Assembly (NCBI GenBank): GCA_048886685.1
Contig: JBHLKM010000003.1
Span: 64,001 to 128,000 of the forward strand
DNA from: Candidatus Hodarchaeota archaeon
GTDB taxonomy: Archaea; Asgardarchaeota; Lokiarchaeia; Sigyniarchaeales; SOKP01
Reading direction: 5' to 3'
Length of the DNA stretch: 64,000 nucleotides
Shown: piece after piece, positions 58,828-64,000 of the stretch
How the letters are laid out: the number at the start of each line of letters is the position of its first letter
Numbering within the stretch: position 1 is the stretch's first letter
Notes under the pieces: generated by a model
Told to the model about the DNA's origin: nothing
Seen by the model: only the letters and a program-made list of their open reading frames with translations
Databases searched by the model: none
Translations under genes and position numbers: made by a program

Positions 58828-59823
58828 ATGCATCATGTAAAAATAAATGAACTAGCAGAAAAAATTGTAGAGAAAATAATCAGTAGTAAAGAAATCTATA
58901 AAGTCAATATAAATAAATTATCTAATAATTCTACTATTTTAGATATGACAAATGCTTCATGGAAAGGAGGCAAATTGGTAGGAGAAATATGTATGGGTGG
59001 TTTGGGATATGTAAAATTTTCACACTATAATTTAGATGGACATTTCATACCAAGTGTCATTGTTCATACTTCAGAACCGTTACTATCATGCATGGCTTCT
59101 CAATTAGCAGGTTGGAACGTAAAATTAAAGAAAGAAGTAGAAAAAAATGGGCAGATGAAAAAGAAAGTGGTTTTCCAATCATTAGGTTCAGGGCCTGCTC
59201 GAGCTAAAAGCAAACTCGAAAAGATATTTGATGAAATTGATTACACAGATATATCTGATTGTGCTGTGATTGTTTTTGAAACACCTAAACTACCAAATGA
59301 AGAAGTTATGAATATAGTCGCCGAAAAATGTGGTGTTGATACAAGCAAAACTTATGCCGTTTGCGCTCCAACGGCTTGTTTAACAGGATCTATTCAAGTA
59401 GCGGCAAGAATTGTTGAGACAGGTATTCACAAATTGCATGAAATTAATTTCCCAATTGAATTAATCAAAGATGGATATGGAACAACAACGATTGCTCCAA
59501 TTGCGAAAGATGATTTAGGAGCAATGGGGCGCACTAATGATTCTATAAGCGCAGGTGGTATGACGTACTATACTATCGACATTGAGAAAGAAAAAGAAGA
59601 AGAACTATTTGAACTTATTAGAAAAGGTCCTGCGAACACATCCTCCAGTTATGGAAAACCATTTATAGAAACTTTTAAAGCAGTAAATTATAACTTTTAC
59701 GACATCGATCCTGGATTATTCGCTCCAGCAACATACACTTTAACAAACGTTAGAACAGGAAAAAGTTTAAGTGTTGGAAAAGTAAATCATGAACTTTTAA
59801 AACAATCTTATGGATTAAACTAG
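58828..59823 (+). CDS. mch: Methenyltetrahydromethanopterin cyclohydrolase
   Basis: EICMGGLG, SQLAGW, GSGPARA, GSIQVAAR.VETG.HK, MGRTND, FYDIDPGLFAPA. Confidence 0.96.
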   Translation: MHHVKINELAEKIVEKIISSKEIYKVNINKLSNNSTILDMTNASWKGGKLVGEICMGGLGYVKFSHYNLDGHFIPSVIVHTSEPLLSCMASQLAGWNVKLKKEVEKNGQMKKKVVFQSLGSGPARAKSKLEKIFDEIDYTDISDCAVIVFETPKLPNEEVMNIVAEKCGVDTSKTYAVCAPTACLTGSIQVAARIVETGIHKLHEINFPIELIKDGYGTTTIAPIAKDDLGAMGRTNDSISAGGMTYYTIDIEKEKEEELFELIRKGPANTSSSYGKPFIETFKAVNYNFYDIDPGLFAPATYTLTNVRTGKSLSVGKVNHELLKQSYGLN

Positions 59824-59879
59824 TTGAAAATAAAAAAATTCTATAACTATTTATTTTTTTAAATTTATAAAAAGAGAAG

Positions 59880-60950
59880 CTAAATATTAGTTAATTCTTC
59901 TTGATACTTTAAAATTTCATTTACAGAAATGTCTCTATCGAAATTTATTTTCTTATGTATCCCTAAGTATGCACATGCAAGGTTAGCAGCAGCAGCAATT
60001 TCAGCTTTTTTAAGAGTTTTGGAATATTCATCCTGCGTGAGTTGTTCTTCTTGGTAAGTACTTTCTTGATGCTGACGTTCTTTAAAGTTAGTAGCTCTTT
60101 CACTTTTCATATGATACAACAAAGATGCCATTTTATCAGCCACCTTAAAAGGTAACTGGTTCCTAACAATTAAACGAATTATATTGTTTACGTCAAAATA
60201 ATTCAAGGTTTCATATTTAGCACGCAGGAAACTTTTAAGATTTTCAGAATCTTTTTCACATTCTATTTCTGTCCAATCATGGATAGCTAGTTTTCTTCTA
60301 AAAAATATCAGTTCCCAATCAATTCCCAGTTCTTTTAGAAATTCAAGTAGTTTTAAATCATTAGCTTTTCTTGATTCAATAATTATATAAAGTTGAAGAC
60401 CATAATATTTATGTTCTTGTTGAAGAAAAAAGCCTCTTTGTTGCATAGATGCAAGAATTAATAGCTTTATTGAGAGGACATTTTCGGAAACATTCTTTTT
60501 GCTACAATTTAGGTAGATTACATTTCCCTCTTCACTCACATATTCACAATCTAAAAATCCTAAAATGCTTTCTTTATTTTCCTTAATAAATTTGTTTAGT
60601 CCATTTAAAGTAGGTTTTACGTCAAAACGTATTAAATCCTCTTGACCTATAGTAACATAATCGTTATAATTGCTACCAACTGCAAGTTTAATCGCGTTTA
60701 ATTTAAATTCTTTATCAATTCCAAATACTTTCTGAAAAGCTTCATTTATAGGAAAAACTTCATCTTCGAGAATCTTAACATCTGCCATAGAACTCTCATA
60801 TGGTTCCTGTTCATTTAACATTTTGTTTAATATAGGTGCTTCTGAAGCCTCTACTTCAATTTCATATGATTTTGCTAAGTCTCTTCTAATAATGCAGACA
60901 GATCTCTTTTTTTTATTAAAAATTGAAAGCGAATTATTATTATCAATCAC
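59880..60950 (-). CDS. Hypothetical protein (true start uncertain; frame is open to 61019)
   Basis: 356-aa ORF with normal composition and no recognised motif. Confidence 0.75.
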   Translation of the reverse strand: MIDNNNSLSIFNKKKRSVCIIRRDLAKSYEIEVEASEAPILNKMLNEQEPYESSMADVKILEDEVFPINEAFQKVFGIDKEFKLNAIKLAVGSNYNDYVTIGQEDLIRFDVKPTLNGLNKFIKENKESILGFLDCEYVSEEGNVIYLNCSKKNVSENVLSIKLLILASMQQRGFFLQQEHKYYGLQLYIIIESRKANDLKLLEFLKELGIDWELIFFRRKLAIHDWTEIECEKDSENLKSFLRAKYETLNYFDVNNIIRLIVRNQLPFKVADKMASLLYHMKSERATNFKERQHQESTYQEEQLTQDEYSKTLKKAEIAAAANLACAYLGIHKKINFDRDISVNEILKYQEELTNI

Positions 60951-61199
60951 TGCTCGAAATTTCTCAGTGAATTTATCTTCTGCGTTCTCTGAACCTACTC
61001 TTCTTCTTCGAATTTTTAATCAACTAATTATTTTTGAAAATTGATCTTAGTTAATTTATTTATACAATTTTTATCTTAAATTCTTATCTAAAAGAAATTA
61101 TTAATCTTAAATTTATATTAAATTGAAAAAGGGACAGCCTTAAAATTAAATAATTTATGAATGGATACTATTATTTTATCATAACCCAAAATAAATGTA

Positions 61200-61379
61200 T
61201 TATTCTATCTCATCTTCTAAGAAATAATCGTTGTTTTTTTTTATATAAACAGTTGTAGAACCAAAATTATTACGAATAGTATATTTATCTCCTTGAACAT
61301 CTAATATTTCTATAGAATATGATAATTTCCTTTTATTTAAGATATCTTCGACTATTTTTTTCTCTTCTTTAGAATCCAT
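61200..61379 (-). CDS. Small hypothetical protein (59 aa), below the ORF-track cutoff
   Basis: ATG at 61379 to TAA at 61200: MDSKEEKKIVEDILNKRKLSYSIEILDVQGDKYTIRNNFGSTTVYIKKNNDYFLEDEIE. Confidence 0.65.
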   Translation of the reverse strand: MDSKEEKKIVEDILNKRKLSYSIEILDVQGDKYTIRNNFGSTTVYIKKNNDYFLEDEIE

Positions 61380-61736
61380 ATTTTAGTTTTATATTTCAAA
61401 TCAAAAAAAATTTACTGTTTTTTCTAATATTTAGATAGTAAAATCATAGATAATAAGCTCTTCTTCTTACATTATTAAGATCTTATATAATCTTATTATA
61501 TTGTAAAGTATAAACTTAGAATAAGGTTTCGATTGAATTAAAAAAGCGGAATTTTATTTCCTAAATAAAAATTTGAGGTATTTCTAGCGATTTTTATCCC
61601 AATAGGTGCAATTCCATGATTTTATTAAAAATCGGAGTTTTTTTTAATAATCAGTTTAATAAATAAATGAGTATTTCATTAAAATATCTACATAGTAAAA
61701 TTATAAAGATAATCGATCTCTCGTCTCTGAAGTGAT

Positions 61737-62987
61737 ATGGTTCAACAGAAACTTGACATTGGATTCTTTACCAGTATGTATAGCCAAACTAATGGTACAG
61801 CCCATGCTGTGCGATTTCTATCCGAGGCAATCGCAAAACATACAAGTCATACAGTTCATGTTTATGCACCAGGAATTCAGAAACCGAAAAACATTCCAAA
61901 AAATCTTTATCTTCATAATTTCTTTGGTGCTAAAATAGCACCTAAAACGGGTTTTGTTCTAAGTTTTCCGATTCATAAATATTTTTTCTGCCAAAAAGAT
62001 TATTTAGATATTGCTCATATTCATACACATGCAACATTTGGCAGTATGGCAATAAATTGGGCAAAATATATCGGGATTCCAATGGTAGGAACTCATAATT
62101 CACCCCTTTCCTTTTACACATCGCAATATATACCTATAGTGGGAGGTCTTTTGTCTAAAATGGATTGGGTTTGGCGATATGAAAGACATATCTTAGATAA
62201 ATATGATCTTGTATCAGTACCAACAAAATCTAAGAAAGAGCTGCTTAGGAAGCAAAGATTTAAAGAACCTATTGTCTGCCTTTCCAATGGGATTCATGAT
62301 AGCTATTTCACAGATGTTAAAGAAAACGGTGTTCGGGATAAATATAACCTAGATAATAAAAAGATTCTCCTTTATGCTTCAAGACTTTCTCCTGAAAAAC
62401 ATCAATTAAGTATTATTAAAATATTTAAAAAAATACATAAAGAGGTACCCAATTCACAATTAGTACTTGTAGGCAGCGATGGACCATTAACTTCACATGT
62501 TCTAAAACTTATTAAAAAGAAGCATTATAAAGATTTTGTCTCGTATTTAGGTAGAGTCCCATTCAACGATCTATTGAAACTTTATAATACTGCTGATTTA
62601 TCTTGCCTATGGTCTTGGATAGAAGCAGAAGGGTTGGTACTTCTGGAAAGTATGGCTCAAGGAACACCATGTATAGGTTCTAACAGTATTGGAATTTCAG
62701 ATGTGATAAGGCACGGTCATACTGGATATTTAAGTCAAGATTTAAATGATTTTAAGGAGAGAATAATAAATCTATTTAAAGATGATGATCTTCGACTTGA
62801 AATGGGTAAAAATGCCAGAAAAGTTGCTGAAAATTATAGGATAAGCAATGTAGCAAAAACCTGGGTAGAATTATATAAGTTTTTAATTAATGAACTTTAC
62901 CCGCTTAGGTATTACAAAAAAGAGCGGAAAGAAAGGGTAACGTTGGTAAAGGAGTTTGTACATAAATTGCCAATAGTTAGTTTTTAA
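61737..62987 (+). CDS. Glycosyltransferase family 4 (GT-B)
   Basis: FTSMY..TNG, HIHT, SNGI, SRLSPEK, EAEGLVLLESMAQGTP. Confidence 0.92.
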   Translation: MVQQKLDIGFFTSMYSQTNGTAHAVRFLSEAIAKHTSHTVHVYAPGIQKPKNIPKNLYLHNFFGAKIAPKTGFVLSFPIHKYFFCQKDYLDIAHIHTHATFGSMAINWAKYIGIPMVGTHNSPLSFYTSQYIPIVGGLLSKMDWVWRYERHILDKYDLVSVPTKSKKELLRKQRFKEPIVCLSNGIHDSYFTDVKENGVRDKYNLDNKKILLYASRLSPEKHQLSIIKIFKKIHKEVPNSQLVLVGSDGPLTSHVLKLIKKKHYKDFVSYLGRVPFNDLLKLYNTADLSCLWSWIEAEGLVLLESMAQGTPCIGSNSIGISDVIRHGHTGYLSQDLNDFKERIINLFKDDDLRLEMGKNARKVAENYRISNVAKTWVELYKFLINELYPLRYYKKERKERVTLVKEFVHKLPIVSF

Positions 62988-63000
62988 GTTGAGACTTGTA

Positions 63001-63747
63001 TTAGAAATTGAAATTTTTTCTAATTTCACTTAATTTTATTTTACAGATATCACATAATTCATATGATTTCTTATCAATTTCATCAACGTCTTTAGAAAAC
63101 CTCATAACACATGAATTTTCCTCACAATGAGCAGATCCTATAAAAATATGTCCAATTTCATGAATTATTTCCTTAATAACTCTTTGTTCAAATAGTTCAC
63201 TATCTTTTCGTCTATCATAATATTGCTCTTTTAGTTTAAGAGTAGAGACTACGCTGCACCGATGTTTTAAATGAGTTTCTCCAAATAAAAATAGAATATT
63301 GTTGTCGCTACTGGAATAGATAGGAAGATCTGTGAGTGCAATTATCATCCCAAGTTTTTCCCTCGTTCTAATATTAATTAATGATTGATAAAATTTATTA
63401 GTGGGGTGAATATTTAATTTATGATTAATTCCTTTCATTTCTTTATACTCTTTTTTTACACCTTTAGAGAGAAGTTCTTTTGAAAAATAAAATTGCCCCA
63501 AATTTCTAACTTCAAAAAAGTAGGAATCATAAACCTGATTTAAGTAAAATTTGATCTTGTTAAATAAGTTAGGATCAAACTCGGCATAAAACAAAATTCC
63601 CAAATAACAAGGCAATATTAATCTTTGTAGTTCATCATCCACTAGTTCAAATTCTTCCGAATAAAAAATTCCAATTCTGGTGACAAGTTTTTTTAACTTC
63701 TCTTTGTATTTGCGTATTTTCTGCTCATATTTTTGAAATTTAGGCAT
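63001..63747 (-). CDS. Archaemetzincin-family Zn metalloprotease (peptidase M54)
   Basis: KEIIHEIGH.....HC....CVM.FS....EID.K...LC..C. Confidence 0.88.
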   Translation of the reverse strand: MPKFQKYEQKIRKYKEKLKKLVTRIGIFYSEEFELVDDELQRLILPCYLGILFYAEFDPNLFNKIKFYLNQVYDSYFFEVRNLGQFYFSKELLSKGVKKEYKEMKGINHKLNIHPTNKFYQSLINIRTREKLGMIIALTDLPIYSSSDNNILFLFGETHLKHRCSVVSTLKLKEQYYDRRKDSELFEQRVIKEIIHEIGHIFIGSAHCEENSCVMRFSKDVDEIDKKSYELCDICKIKLSEIRKNFNF

Positions 63748-63895
63748 TATCTATCAAAACAAAATTTTAGATTATCTAAAATAATCATTCTCTTAAAATA
63801 AAATTAGTTTAAAATCATTAATAATAGGTATTTAAATCATTAATTATATTATAAAATAAAATATTTCAATTTGGTTGAAAATTAAACGTAGGATT

Positions 63896-64000
63896 ATGGT
63901 TGAAAATTCAAAAAGCTCAGATGATTTGGAGCATAAGGGAGAAGATATTGAACGTATCTCAAAAAGTTTTAATACAAATGAAAAAATTATCGAAAAGGAT
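63896..64000 (+). CDS. N-terminus of a CDS running off the window
   Basis: ATG at 63896, open to the window edge (MVENSKSSDDLEHKGEDIERISK...), after an AT-rich spacer. Confidence 0.5.
   Translation, partial: MVENSKSSDDLEHKGEDIERISKSFNTNEKIIEKD

Noticed and set aside
59125-59165. Mch loop insertion as an intron
   Set aside because: A-rich, in frame, and without self-complementarity.
1-64000. CRISPR arrays, rRNA/tRNA genes, transposases, integrases
   Set aside because: No repeat-spacer periodicity, no GC-rich structural-RNA islands and no recombinase or transposase motifs seen by inspection. A tRNAscan-SE/Infernal run would be needed to be certain.

Overview
AT-rich (roughly 30% GC by eye) archaeal chromosomal window. 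The gene content fits a Lokiarchaeia/Promethearchaeota (Asgard) genome: Alba, archaeal-type GlyRS, H4MPT C1 enzymes Ftr/Mtd/Mch, a RagA/Gtr1-like GTPase with a C-terminal roadblock/longin-like domain, TPR proteins and an expanded lipid/acyl-CoA catabolism set. The taxon is inferred from gene content. The window holds about 57 CDSs: two tandem amidases, an orphan m6A methyltransferase-TRD fusion, an acyl-CoA ligase, six thiolase-family genes with five DUF35 partners, SCP2, SDR, BKACE, an acyl-CoA dehydrogenase, a polar amino-acid ABC transporter, glpD, an AmmeMemoRadiSam enzyme, two surface proteins, a purine/MTA salvage trio (apt, PfkB kinase, mtnP), a beta-CASP RNase, a DHH nuclease, a GT4 and an archaemetzincin. 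I saw no rRNA, tRNA, CRISPR array or transposase. The main finding is at 12046-13352. This thiolase-family gene looks frameshifted (two ORFs), but it is interrupted by two short hairpin-forming inserts (34 nt, 12487-12520; 31 nt, 12537-12567) flanking a 16-nt micro-exon. Each insert sits in a relaxed bulge-helix-bulge (BHB/BHL) geometry whose predicted tRNA-splicing-endonuclease cut sites fall where removal restores the frame. The result is a 413-aa protein (...ADMTY-EYPMG-MMAASSY...) that aligns without gaps across the junctions to an intact paralog in this window. These are candidate endonuclease-spliced mRNA introns in an Asgard metabolic gene.
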